NCBI RefSeq assembly: GCF_030384885.1
Contig: NZ_CP128613.1
Strand: one strand, 5' to 3'
Length of the DNA stretch: 64,000 nucleotides
From: Escherichia coli
Lineage (GTDB): Bacteria > Pseudomonadota > Gammaproteobacteria > Enterobacterales > Enterobacteriaceae
Part shown: positions 49,946-59,990 of the stretch, piece after piece
How positions within the stretch are numbered: position 1 is the first letter of the stretch
How the letters are laid out: each line of letters opens with the position of its first letter
The notes under the pieces: generated by a model
Databases searched by the model: none
What the model saw: only the letters and a program-made list of their open reading frames with translations
What the model was told of the DNA's origin: nothing
Translations under genes and position numbers: made by a program

Positions 49946-52576
49946 ATGAGCAAGAGCACCGCTGAGATCCGTCAGGCGTTTCTCGACTTTTTCCATAGTA
50001 AGGGACATCAGGTAGTTGCCAGCAGCTCCCTGGTACCCCATAACGACCCAACTTTGTTGTTTACCAACGCCGGGATGAACCAGTTCAAGGATGTGTTCCT
50101 TGGGCTCGACAAGCGTAATTATTCCCGCGCTACCACTTCCCAACGCTGCGTGCGTGCGGGTGGTAAACACAACGACCTGGAAAACGTCGGTTACACCGCG
50201 CGTCACCATACCTTCTTCGAAATGCTGGGCAACTTCAGCTTCGGCGACTATTTCAAACACGATGCTATTCAGTTTGCATGGGAACTGCTGACCAGCGAAA
50301 AATGGTTTGCCCTGCCGAAAGAGCGTCTGTGGGTTACCGTCTATGAAAGCGACGACGAAGCCTACGAAATCTGGGAAAAAGAAGTAGGGATCCCGCGCGA
50401 ACGTATTATTCGCATCGGCGATAACAAAGGTGCACCATACGCATCTGACAACTTCTGGCAGATGGGTGACACTGGTCCGTGTGGCCCGTGCACCGAAATC
50501 TTTTACGATCACGGCGACCACATTTGGGGTGGCCCTCCGGGAAGTCCGGAAGAAGACGGCGACCGTTACATTGAGATTTGGAACATCGTCTTCATGCAGT
50601 TCAACCGCCAGGCAGATGGCACGATGGAACCGCTGCCGAAGCCGTCTGTAGATACCGGTATGGGTCTGGAGCGTATTGCTGCGGTGCTGCAACACGTTAA
50701 CTCTAACTATGACATCGACCTGTTCCGCACGCTGATCCAGGCGGTAGCGAAAGTCACTGGCGCGACCGATCTGAGCAATAAATCGCTGCGCGTAATCGCT
50801 GACCACATTCGTTCTTGTGCGTTCCTGATCGCGGATGGCGTAATGCCGTCCAATGAAAACCGTGGTTATGTACTGCGTCGTATCATTCGTCGCGCAGTGC
50901 GTCACGGTAATATGCTGGGCGCGAAAGAAACCTTCTTCTACAAACTGGTTGGTCCGCTGATCGACGTTATGGGCTCTGCGGGTGAAGACCTGAAACGCCA
51001 GCAGGCACAGGTTGAGCAGGTGCTGAAGACTGAAGAAGAACAGTTTGCCCGCACTCTGGAGCGCGGTCTGGCGCTGCTGGACGAAGAGCTGGCGAAACTT
51101 TCTGGCGATACGCTGGATGGCGAAACTGCTTTCCGTCTGTACGACACCTACGGTTTCCCGGTTGACCTGACGGCTGATGTTTGTCGTGAACGCAACATCA
51201 AAGTTGACGAAGCTGGTTTTGAAGCAGCAATGGAAGAGCAGCGTCGTCGTGCGCGCGAAGCCAGCGGCTTTGGTGCCGATTACAACGCAATGATCCGTGT
51301 TGACAGTGCATCTGAATTTAAAGGCTATGACCATCTGGAACTGAACGGCAAAGTGACCGCGCTGTTTGTTGATGGTAAAGCGGTTGATGCCATTAATGCA
51401 GGCCAGGAAGCGGTAGTCGTGCTGGATCAAACGCCATTCTATGCGGAATCTGGCGGTCAGGTTGGCGATAAAGGCGAACTGAAAGGCGTTAACTTCTCCT
51501 TTGCGGTGGAAGATACGCAGAAATACGGCCAGGCGATTGGTCACATCGGTAAACTTGCTGCGGGTTCTCTGAAAGTGGGCGACGCGGTGCAGGCTGATGT
51601 TGATGAGGCTCGTCGCGCTCGTATTCGTCTGAATCACTCCGCAACGCACCTGATGCACGCTGCGCTGCGCCAGGTTCTGGGTACTCATGTATCGCAGAAA
51701 GGTTCATTGGTTAACGACAAAGTGCTGCGCTTCGACTTTTCACACAACGAAGCGATGAAACCAGAAGAGATTCGTGCAGTCGAAGACCTGGTGAACGCGC
51801 AGATTCGCCGTAACTTGCCGATCGAAACCAACATCATGGATCTCGAAGCGGCGAAAGCGAAAGGTGCGATGGCGCTGTTTGGCGAGAAGTATGATGAGCG
51901 CGTACGCGTGCTGAGCATGGGCGATTTCTCCACCGAGCTGTGTGGCGGTACTCACGCAAGCCGCACCGGTGATATTGGTCTGTTCCGCATCATCTCTGAA
52001 TCGGGTACTGCTGCAGGTGTTCGTCGTATCGAAGCGGTAACCGGAGAAGGCGCTATCGCCACCGTTCATGCAGACAGCGATCGCTTAAGCGAAGTCGCAC
52101 ATCTGTTGAAAGGCGATAGCAATAATCTGGCTGATAAAGTGCGCTCAGTACTGGAGCGTACGCGTCAGCTGGAAAAAGAGTTACAACAGCTTAAAGAACA
52201 AGCTGCCGCACAGGAGAGCGCAAATCTTTCCAGTAAGGCAATTGATGTTAATGGTGTTAAGCTGTTGGTTAGCAAGCTTAGCGGTGTTGAGCCGAAAATG
52301 TTGCGTACCATGGTTGACGATTTAAAAAATCAGCTGGGGTCGACAATTATCGTGCTGGCAACGGTAGCCGAAGGTAAGGTTTCTCTGATTGCAGGCGTAT
52401 CTAAGGACGTCACAGATCGTGTGAAAGCAGGGGAACTGATTGGTATGGTCGCTCAGCAGGTGGGCGGCAAGGGTGGTGGACGTCCTGACATGGCGCAAGC
52501 CGGTGGTACGGATGCTGCGGCCTTACCTGCAGCGTTAGCCAGTGTGAAAGGCTGGGTCAGCGCGAAATTGCAATAA
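49946..52576 (+). CDS. alaS: Alanine--tRNA ligase AlaS, 876 aa
   Basis: Begins [24 protein letters not shown]; length match. Confidence 0.97.
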   Translation: MSKSTAEIRQAFLDFFHSKGHQVVASSSLVPHNDPTLLFTNAGMNQFKDVFLGLDKRNYSRATTSQRCVRAGGKHNDLENVGYTARHHTFFEMLGNFSFGDYFKHDAIQFAWELLTSEKWFALPKERLWVTVYESDDEAYEIWEKEVGIPRERIIRIGDNKGAPYASDNFWQMGDTGPCGPCTEIFYDHGDHIWGGPPGSPEEDGDRYIEIWNIVFMQFNRQADGTMEPLPKPSVDTGMGLERIAAVLQHVNSNYDIDLFRTLIQAVAKVTGATDLSNKSLRVIADHIRSCAFLIADGVMPSNENRGYVLRRIIRRAVRHGNMLGAKETFFYKLVGPLIDVMGSAGEDLKRQQAQVEQVLKTEEEQFARTLERGLALLDEELAKLSGDTLDGETAFRLYDTYGFPVDLTADVCRERNIKVDEAGFEAAMEEQRRRAREASGFGADYNAMIRVDSASEFKGYDHLELNGKVTALFVDGKAVDAINAGQEAVVVLDQTPFYAESGGQVGDKGELKGVNFSFAVEDTQKYGQAIGHIGKLAAGSLKVGDAVQADVDEARRARIRLNHSATHLMHAALRQVLGTHVSQKGSLVNDKVLRFDFSHNEAMKPEEIRAVEDLVNAQIRRNLPIETNIMDLEAAKAKGAMALFGEKYDERVRVLSMGDFSTELCGGTHASRTGDIGLFRIISESGTAAGVRRIEAVTGEGAIATVHADSDRLSEVAHLLKGDSNNLADKVRSVLERTRQLEKELQQLKEQAAAQESANLSSKAIDVNGVKLLVSKLSGVEPKMLRTMVDDLKNQLGSTIIVLATVAEGKVSLIAGVSKDVTDRVKAGELIGMVAQQVGGKGGGRPDMAQAGGTDAAALPAALASVKGWVSAKLQ

Positions 52577-52810
52577 TATAAGCGTCAGGCAATGCCGTGG
52601 ACTCGCTTCACGGCATTCGCATTAACGCTATCGACAACGATAAAGTCAGGTTGAAGTTGTGTATATCGGCTAAACTTAGGTTTAACAGAATGTAATGCCA
52701 TGACTGCTTACATGTAATGTGTTTGTCATTGCTTACTTTTTGGCGTTATATGATGGATAATGCCGGGATACAGAGAGACCCGACTCTTTTAATCTTTCAA
52801 GGAGCAAAGA

Positions 52811-52996
52811 ATGCTGATTCTGACTCGTCGAGTTGGTGAGACCCTCATGATTGGGGATGAGGTCACCGTGACAGTTTTAGGGGTAAAGGGCAACCAGGTA
52901 CGTATTGGCGTAAATGCCCCGAAGGAAGTTTCTGTTCACCGTGAAGAGATCTACCAGCGTATCCAGGCTGAAAAATCCCAGCAGTCCAGTTACTAA
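52811..52996 (+). CDS. csrA: Carbon storage regulator CsrA, 61 aa
   Basis: [48 protein letters not shown]. Confidence 0.97.
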
Positions 52997-53002
52997 TCTT
53001 TC

Positions 53003-53028
53003 CGCGTCTCATCTTTATCGGTGAGACG
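53003..53028 (+). terminator. Stem-loop after csrA (putative terminator)
   Basis: gcgtctca-tctttatcgg-tgagacgc; weak U-tract. Confidence 0.5.
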
Positions 53029-53310
53029 CACCCTCAAAATTCCTCCTTCACTCCATTGTTTTTTCGCTTTACTCCCGTTCATTCAACTTTAGTCTCCATT
53101 TTTTGCATTACTGCTATCTGTCAGACCTCCGTTTTTCTGTTGATAAAACACTCTTTTTGACGTTTTTACAGACTAATTGAGCGTGAAGTGTGCAAGCGAT
53201 AAAAGTGTGGGAAAAATTGTTTGACTTATAAGTCTCAGAAAGTAATATGTGCGCCACGCAGCGACGATGAGCGATAAACAAGTTCTTCGAAGCACTCGTA
53301 AGAGGCGTGT

Positions 53311-53403
53311 GGTGAGGTGGCCGAGAGGCTGAAGGCGCTCCCCTGCTAAGGGAGTATGCGGTCAAAAGCTGCATCCGGGGTTCGAATCCCCGCCTCACCG
53401 CCA
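53311..53403 (+). tRNA. serV: tRNA-Ser (anticodon GCU)
   Basis: Cloverleaf with long variable arm, anticodon loop cuGCUaa, 3' CCA; read directly. Confidence 0.9.
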
Positions 53404-53406
53404 TTT

Positions 53407-53483
53407 GCATCCGTAGCTCAGCTGGATAGAGTACTCGGCTACGAACCGAGCGGTCGGAGGTTCGAATCCTCCCGGATGCACCA
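53407..53483 (+). tRNA. argV: tRNA-Arg (anticodon ACG), copy 1
   Basis: GCATCCG acceptor stem, anticodon loop ctACGaa, CCA end. Confidence 0.9.
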
Positions 53484-53682
53484 TATTCTCCGAAATCTTC
53501 AGCGATGAAGGTGTCGAAGAGGTGGCGGTACTAACCGCAAGCACCAGGGAGGATAACGTTGCTTTAGCAACGGGCCGAAGGGCGAGCCGTAAGGCGAGTA
53601 ATCCTCCCGGATGCACCATCTCTTACTTGATACGGCTTTAGTAGCGGTATCAAAAAATCTGCAGTAAAGTAAGTTTCCCGAT

Positions 53683-53759
53683 GCATCCGTAGCTCAGCTG
53701 GATAGAGTACTCGGCTACGAACCGAGCGGTCGGAGGTTCGAATCCTCCCGGATGCACCA
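53683..53759 (+). tRNA. argY: tRNA-Arg (ACG), copy 2
   Basis: Identical 77-nt sequence to copy 1. Confidence 0.9.
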
Positions 53760-53955
53760 TATTCTACGAAATCTTCAGCGATGAAGGTGTCGAAGAGGTG
53801 GCGGTACTAACCGCAAGCACTAGGGAGGATAACGTTGCTTTAGCAACGGCCAGAAGGGCGAGCCGCAAGGCGAGTAATCCTCCCGGATGCACCATCTCTT
53901 ACTTGATATGGCTTTAGTAGCGATATCAATATCAGCAGTAAAATAAATTTCCCGA

Positions 53956-54032
53956 TGCATCCGTAGCTCAGCTGGATAGAGTACTCGGCTACGAACCGAG
54001 CGGTCGGAGGTTCGAATCCTCCCGGATGCACC
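53956..54032 (+). tRNA. argZ: tRNA-Arg (ACG), copy 3
   Basis: Identical 77-nt sequence to copy 1. Confidence 0.9.
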
Positions 54033-54231
54033 ATATTCTACGAAATCTTCAGCAATGAAGATATCGAAGAGGTAGCGGAATTAACCGCAAGCACCAGGAA
54101 GGATAACGTTGCTTTAGCAACGGCCCGAAGGGCGAGCCGCAAGGCGAGTAATCCTCCCGGATGCACCATCTCTTATTTGATATGGCTTTAGTAGCGGTAT
54201 CAATATCAGCAATAAAGTAAGTTCTCCCGAT

Positions 54232-54308
54232 GCATCCGTAGCTCAGCTGGATAGAGTACTCGGCTACGAACCGAGCGGTCGGAGGTTCGAATCCTCCCGG
54301 ATGCACCA
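54232..54308 (+). tRNA. argQ: tRNA-Arg (ACG), copy 4
   Basis: Identical 77-nt sequence to copy 1. Confidence 0.9.
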
Positions 54309-54588
54309 TATTCTCCGTAATCTTCAGCGATGATGGCATGGAAGAGGCGATGGTAATCACCGTCTGCTCCAGGGAGGATAACGTTGCGGCAGCAACGGCC
54401 CGAAGGGCGAACGCCAGTGAGTCATCCTCCCGGATGCACCATCTTCTCCAAAAAATCCCCTTCAAAAATATTTCATTTCTAAATAACTATTTTATCCATT
54501 TCCTGAATATTCTTCTCCTTCGCCATCAGCGACAAAATCAAGCAATTACGCTAAAGTAGCGTCATATTTTTCGACTTGCGAGAAGACC

Positions 54589-55155
54589 ATGTACGAGCGT
54601 TATGCAGGTTTAATTTTTGATATGGATGGCACAATCCTGGATACGGAGCCTACGCACCGTAAAGCGTGGCGCGAAGTATTAGGGCACTACGGTCTTCAAT
54701 ACGATGTTCAGGCGATGATTGCGCTTAATGGCTCGCCCACGTGGCGCATTGCTCAGGCGATTATTGAGCTTAATCAGGCCGATCTCGATCCCCATGCATT
54801 AGCCCGCGAGAAAACCGATGCCGTAAGAAGCATGTTGCTCGATAGCGTCGAACCACTCCCCCTTGTTGAAGTGGTGAAAAGCTGGCACGGACGTCGACCA
54901 ATGGCTGTAGGAACGGGGAGTGAAAGCGCCATCGCTGAGGCACTGCTAACGCACCTGGGATTACGCCGTTATTTTGACGCCGTCGTTGCTGCCGATCACG
55001 TCAAACATCATAAACCTGCGCCAGACACATTTTTGTTGTGCGCGCAGCGTATGGGCGTGCAACCAACGCAGTGTGTGGTCTTTGAAGATGCCGATTTCGG
55101 TATTCAGGCGGCCCGTGCTGCAGGCATGGACGCTGTGGATGTTCGCTTGCTGTGA
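54589..55155 (+). CDS. yqaB: HAD-family sugar phosphatase YqaB, 188 aa
   Basis: HAD motif I (IFDMDGTILDTE); position after the tRNA cluster. Confidence 0.85.
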   Translation: MYERYAGLIFDMDGTILDTEPTHRKAWREVLGHYGLQYDVQAMIALNGSPTWRIAQAIIELNQADLDPHALAREKTDAVRSMLLDSVEPLPLVEVVKSWHGRRPMAVGTGSESAIAEALLTHLGLRRYFDAVVAADHVKHHKPAPDTFLLCAQRMGVQPTQCVVFEDADFGIQAARAAGMDAVDVRLL

Positions 55156-55580
55156 GTGAAGCTTTATCGCTTTTCTCGTTGTTTGCCAGTAGTTTCCTCA
55201 GCGCTACACTATTACCCGGTAATTCCGAAGTCGTGCTGGTTGCAATGTTGCTTTCCGGGGTAAGTCATCCCTGGGTTTTAGTTTTAACAGCAACAATGGG
55301 TAATAGCCTTGGAGGGTTAACTAACGTTATCCTTGGGCGTTTCTTTCCATTGCGTAAAACATCGCGCTGGCAAGAGAAAGCTACTGGTTGGCTGAAACGC
55401 TATGGTGCAGTCACGCTATTATTAAGCTGGATGCCCGTGGTTGGCGATTTACTGTGTCTGTTAGCGGGATGGATGCGCATCTCCTGGGGGCCAGTAATCT
55501 TTTTTTTGTGCCTTGGTAAAGCGTTACGTTATGTTGCAGTTGCAGCAGCGACCGTTCAGGGCATGATATGGTGGCACTAA
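55152..55580 (+). CDS. yqaA: DedA/SNARE-associated-family inner membrane protein YqaA, 142 aa
   Basis: Small membrane protein; position. Confidence 0.8.
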   Translation: MSEALSLFSLFASSFLSATLLPGNSEVVLVAMLLSGVSHPWVLVLTATMGNSLGGLTNVILGRFFPLRKTSRWQEKATGWLKRYGAVTLLLSWMPVVGDLLCLLAGWMRISWGPVIFFLCLGKALRYVAVAAATVQGMIWWH

Positions 55581-55625
55581 TTGTAGGCCTGCACACATGG
55601 TCACCATTACAGTTATGCTAATTAA

Positions 55626-57209
<1,584 letters not shown>

Positions 57210-57217
57210 CAGAAAAG

Positions 57218-57290
57218 AAAAAGGCCACTCGTGAGTGGCCAAAATTTCATCTCTGAATTCAGGGATGATGATAACAAATGCGCGTCTTTC
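57218..57290 (-). ncRNA. micA: MicA (SraD) small regulatory RNA
   Basis: Minus-strand sequence gaaagacgcgcatttgttatcatcatccctgaattcagagatgaaattttggccactcacgagtggccttttt matches MicA as I recall it; 3' hairpin plus U-tract. Confidence 0.85.
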
Positions 57291-57323
57291 ATATACTCAG
57301 ACTCGCCTGGGAAGAAAGAGTTC
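57291..57323 (-). promoter_or_regulatory. SigmaE-type promoter of micA
   Basis: Minus-strand GAACTC-N16-TCTGA immediately upstream of the MicA 5' end. Confidence 0.6.
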
Positions 57324-57358
57324 AGAAAATTTTTAAAAAAATTACCGGAGGTGGCTAA

Positions 57359-57874
57359 ATGCCGTTGTTAGATAGCTTCACAGTCGATCATACCCGGATG
57401 GAAGCGCCTGCAGTTCGGGTGGCGAAAACAATGAACACCCCGCATGGCGACGCAATCACCGTGTTCGATCTGCGCTTCTGCGTGCCGAACAAAGAAGTGA
57501 TGCCAGAAAGAGGGATCCATACCCTGGAGCACCTGTTTGCTGGTTTTATGCGTAACCATCTGAACGGTAATGGCGTTGAGATTATCGATATCTCGCCAAT
57601 GGGCTGCCGCACCGGTTTTTATATGAGTCTGATTGGTACGCCAGATGAGCAGCGTGTCGCTGATGCCTGGAAAGCGGCAATGGAGGACGTGCTGAAAGTG
57701 CAGGATCAGAATCAGATCCCGGAACTGAACGTCTACCAGTGTGGTACTTATCAGATGCATTCGTTGCAGGAAGCGCAGGATATTGCGCGTAATATCCTGG
57801 AACGTGACGTACGCATCAACAGCAACGAAGAGTTGGCGCTGCCGAAAGAAAAGTTGCAGGAATTGCACATCTAG
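57359..57874 (+). CDS. luxS: S-ribosylhomocysteine lyase LuxS, 171 aa
   Basis: [23 protein letters not shown] ... HTLEHL metal motif. Confidence 0.95.
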   Translation: MPLLDSFTVDHTRMEAPAVRVAKTMNTPHGDAITVFDLRFCVPNKEVMPERGIHTLEHLFAGFMRNHLNGNGVEIIDISPMGCRTGFYMSLIGTPDEQRVADAWKAAMEDVLKVQDQNQIPELNVYQCGTYQMHSLQEAQDIARNILERDVRINSNEELALPKEKLQELHI

Positions 57875-57887
57875 TCAATTGAAGAGG

Positions 57888-57917
57888 CCGGGCAGGTGAT
57901 ATCACCGCCCGGTTTTT
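57888..57917 (+). terminator. Rho-independent terminator after luxS
   Basis: Hairpin ccgggcaggtgatatcaccgcccgg followed by TTTTT; abuts the stop of the convergent gene at 57919. Confidence 0.75.
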
Positions 57918-57918
57918 A

Positions 57919-59031
57919 TTACCTGTCAGTCACCCGATATTCCACGCTATGTGCTTCATCAGGTTGAGGAACTTCCAGCCTTGAGGCCATCCGCATCACG
58001 ACCGCTTCAGGAACGGCATACTCGCGCCTGGCATTTTGCTGCTTCCATTGCGCCCATGGCACTTCCAGATAAACGATTTTTACTCGTGCGCCGTAAGCCG
58101 TAAACAGACTGATGAGCTGGCTACGCAGTTGGCGGGTAATGTTCGTTGCATTCCAGATGAACGGCTTTTTCTGGCGTAAAAAAACGCGCGCCTCTTCTTT
58201 TGCCTGTTGCACAATACGCCCGGTCGCGGTTTTGTCGTCCGGGCTGGCATTGATTCGCCGCCGCATATCATCAAGGCTGATAACGTCCATTCCCTGGCAC
58301 TGTTCACTGATATAGCGATCTTTGCCCATACCCGGTAAGCCACACAGCAAAATGACCTCAAAAGGTTCAGCCTCCCAGGGAACAAAATCAGGAGAACTTT
58401 GTTCATGGGTCAGATAATGCCAGCGTGCGGAATCAGACACGAACGAGCGCACTTTTCCCCAACACTGTTGCTCCTGGCAAAATAGCTCGAACAGATCGAT
58501 GCGTTCCAGCATTGATTGCTGATCATGACAATGGCGACCAAGCAGATCGGCACGAGCAAGCAAAGCGAGCAGACGCGTGTCGATACGCATTGCAGCCGTG
58601 AGCAGCAAACGCTCCGGTTCCGGACGTTCTAGTAACCATAGCGGTAACCCATGCAGACGCACCAGTGCAACAATTTGCTCGCGTAGCACGAACGGCGTCG
58701 GGATATCGCGCCATAAAATTTGTCGGGCCGTCAATTCACCCCGACGAGCATGACCAGGAGACTGAATACGTCCGTTTTCCTGCACGGTAGTACTGCGCTT
58801 TTCAACGTCATGCAATAACGCCGCCGCCCATAAAATTTCCTGCTGCTGAGCGGGGAGTTGCTGGAACTCTGGCAGAGCCACGAGTGCATTCAGCACCATT
58901 TCAGTATGCACACCAACGTCGCCTTCACCATGATGCTCCGGGTCTTGCGGCGTATTATGCATATCCTCAACCCAGCTAAAACGCTGGCGTAGCGTCGACC
59001 AGCGTTTGTCGTCGGTAAGTTGCCAAATCAT
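57919..59031 (-). CDS. HD-domain phosphohydrolase fused to a P-loop polynucleotide-kinase-like domain, 370 aa
   Basis: N-terminal HD signature ([10 protein letters not shown] ... LLHDVEK); C-terminal Walker-A-like GLPGMGKD and DVISLDD; not present between luxS and emrB in K-12 as I recall. Confidence 0.6.
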   Translation of the reverse strand: MIWQLTDDKRWSTLRQRFSWVEDMHNTPQDPEHHGEGDVGVHTEMVLNALVALPEFQQLPAQQQEILWAAALLHDVEKRSTTVQENGRIQSPGHARRGELTARQILWRDIPTPFVLREQIVALVRLHGLPLWLLERPEPERLLLTAAMRIDTRLLALLARADLLGRHCHDQQSMLERIDLFELFCQEQQCWGKVRSFVSDSARWHYLTHEQSSPDFVPWEAEPFEVILLCGLPGMGKDRYISEQCQGMDVISLDDMRRRINASPDDKTATGRIVQQAKEEARVFLRQKKPFIWNATNITRQLRSQLISLFTAYGARVKIVYLEVPWAQWKQQNARREYAVPEAVVMRMASRLEVPQPDEAHSVEYRVTDR

Positions 59032-59735
59032 GACTGTTCTCCATAAGCGAACTCATGGGCCATCCGCGCCCGTCGCCAGTGGCGTTTCCAGTGCTCGGTG
59101 GTTTTGACATGATTTTTGCGTACATACTTGAAGACGTTATGCGAAAAGTCAGCGACGGAAAACGCATCACTATTCCGGCTGACAATGCCTTCCAGCGTAC
59201 AGGGTTGTCCGGTTTGCGTATCCCAGGGATCGAACGCACCGCGCGCATTGGTCAGCGCCAGAAAATCACGTTGCCAGCTTTTTTCATCATTCCCCGGCTG
59301 CGGGCCGGAGATTTCGGGAACGCAGGGGAAATCAAACAGAGCGGCGTAAAACTGCACCTCTTCCCAGCTCAGCCACATATCCTGGCAGCGAACGGCAAAC
59401 AGATAAAAATCCTGCTCCAGGGCGCGATATTCAATCGAATGAACGGCATAAAGATTTTCACCAAACAACTCCAGATCGCCGAGATCGTTTTTCAGCAGTT
59501 GCCAGCGTTGGCGAATTTTATAGGTCCATGCCGATTGTGTAGGCGCGGCATGGGAACGGGCAAACACGCCGTAGCGGTTAAGGCAGTTATTTTCACCGTC
59601 GAGTTTTTCAGTATGTACCAACTGCGAAATTGCCTGCATATCTTGCCAGTAACTGGCGTTAATGCGGTCATCGCTGGTGGTGCCAGGGGAGAAGGGGTAA
59701 TGCCAGGTTCTCCCGTATTTACGTTGGGTATTCAT
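59028..59735 (-). CDS. Small ATP-dependent nucleic-acid (RNA) ligase-like nucleotidyltransferase, 235 aa
   Basis: Covalent nucleotidyltransferase motifs in order: [41 protein letters not shown]; 4-bp overlap with the downstream gene. Confidence 0.6.
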   Translation of the reverse strand: MNTQRKYGRTWHYPFSPGTTSDDRINASYWQDMQAISQLVHTEKLDGENNCLNRYGVFARSHAAPTQSAWTYKIRQRWQLLKNDLGDLELFGENLYAVHSIEYRALEQDFYLFAVRCQDMWLSWEEVQFYAALFDFPCVPEISGPQPGNDEKSWQRDFLALTNARGAFDPWDTQTGQPCTLEGIVSRNSDAFSVADFSHNVFKYVRKNHVKTTEHWKRHWRRARMAHEFAYGEQS

Positions 59736-59954
59736 AATAATCCATTATTTTTTGTGTAATAAACGTACGCCCGCGAGGGTGCGAGTTATGGGGTTAAAAA
59801 AAATGTGAGTATCACCCGCGAAAGCGAGGGCGAAGAAAAAAGAGAATTAACAACCTGAGCGAATGCTCAGAACCGGTTAATGGTGAATGGAAGAGTTTGG
59901 AGCGGCGAAAAGATACACCGTTTGAGATGATAAAACAACCGTTTACAGAATGAG

Positions 59955-59980
59955 CAAATAAAAAGGGAGCCGCAGCTCCC
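59955..59980 (-). terminator. Rho-independent terminator after emrB
   Basis: Hairpin gggagc-cgca-gctccc with U-tract on the minus strand. Confidence 0.7.
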
Positions 59981-59990
59981 TTTAACAACC

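Larger units (their letters stand above)
53407..54450 (+). repeat. Four tandem ~275-bp units, each a tRNA-Arg gene plus a structured spacer with a 19-nt copy of the tRNA 3' end
   Basis: Unit period 276/273/276 bp; each spacer carries aatcctcccggatgcacca and palindrome cgttgct-ttag-agcaacg. Confidence 0.8.

Noticed and set aside
49859-51688. 609-aa ORF on the minus strand
   Set aside because: Lies entirely antisense to alaS; long antisense open frames are common opposite highly expressed GC-biased genes, and it has no recognisable protein features.
53407-54450. Possible CRISPR array (regular repeats of about 77 bp with about 200-bp spacers)
   Set aside because: The repeats are complete tRNA-Arg genes with cloverleaf structure and CCA ends, the spacers are near-identical to each other, and no cas genes are present.
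53395-54465. Several 64-138 aa minus-strand ORFs sharing the peptide [26 protein letters not shown]
   Set aside because: These are translations of the antisense of the repeated tRNA-Arg genes; the repetition reflects tRNA copies, not a protein family.
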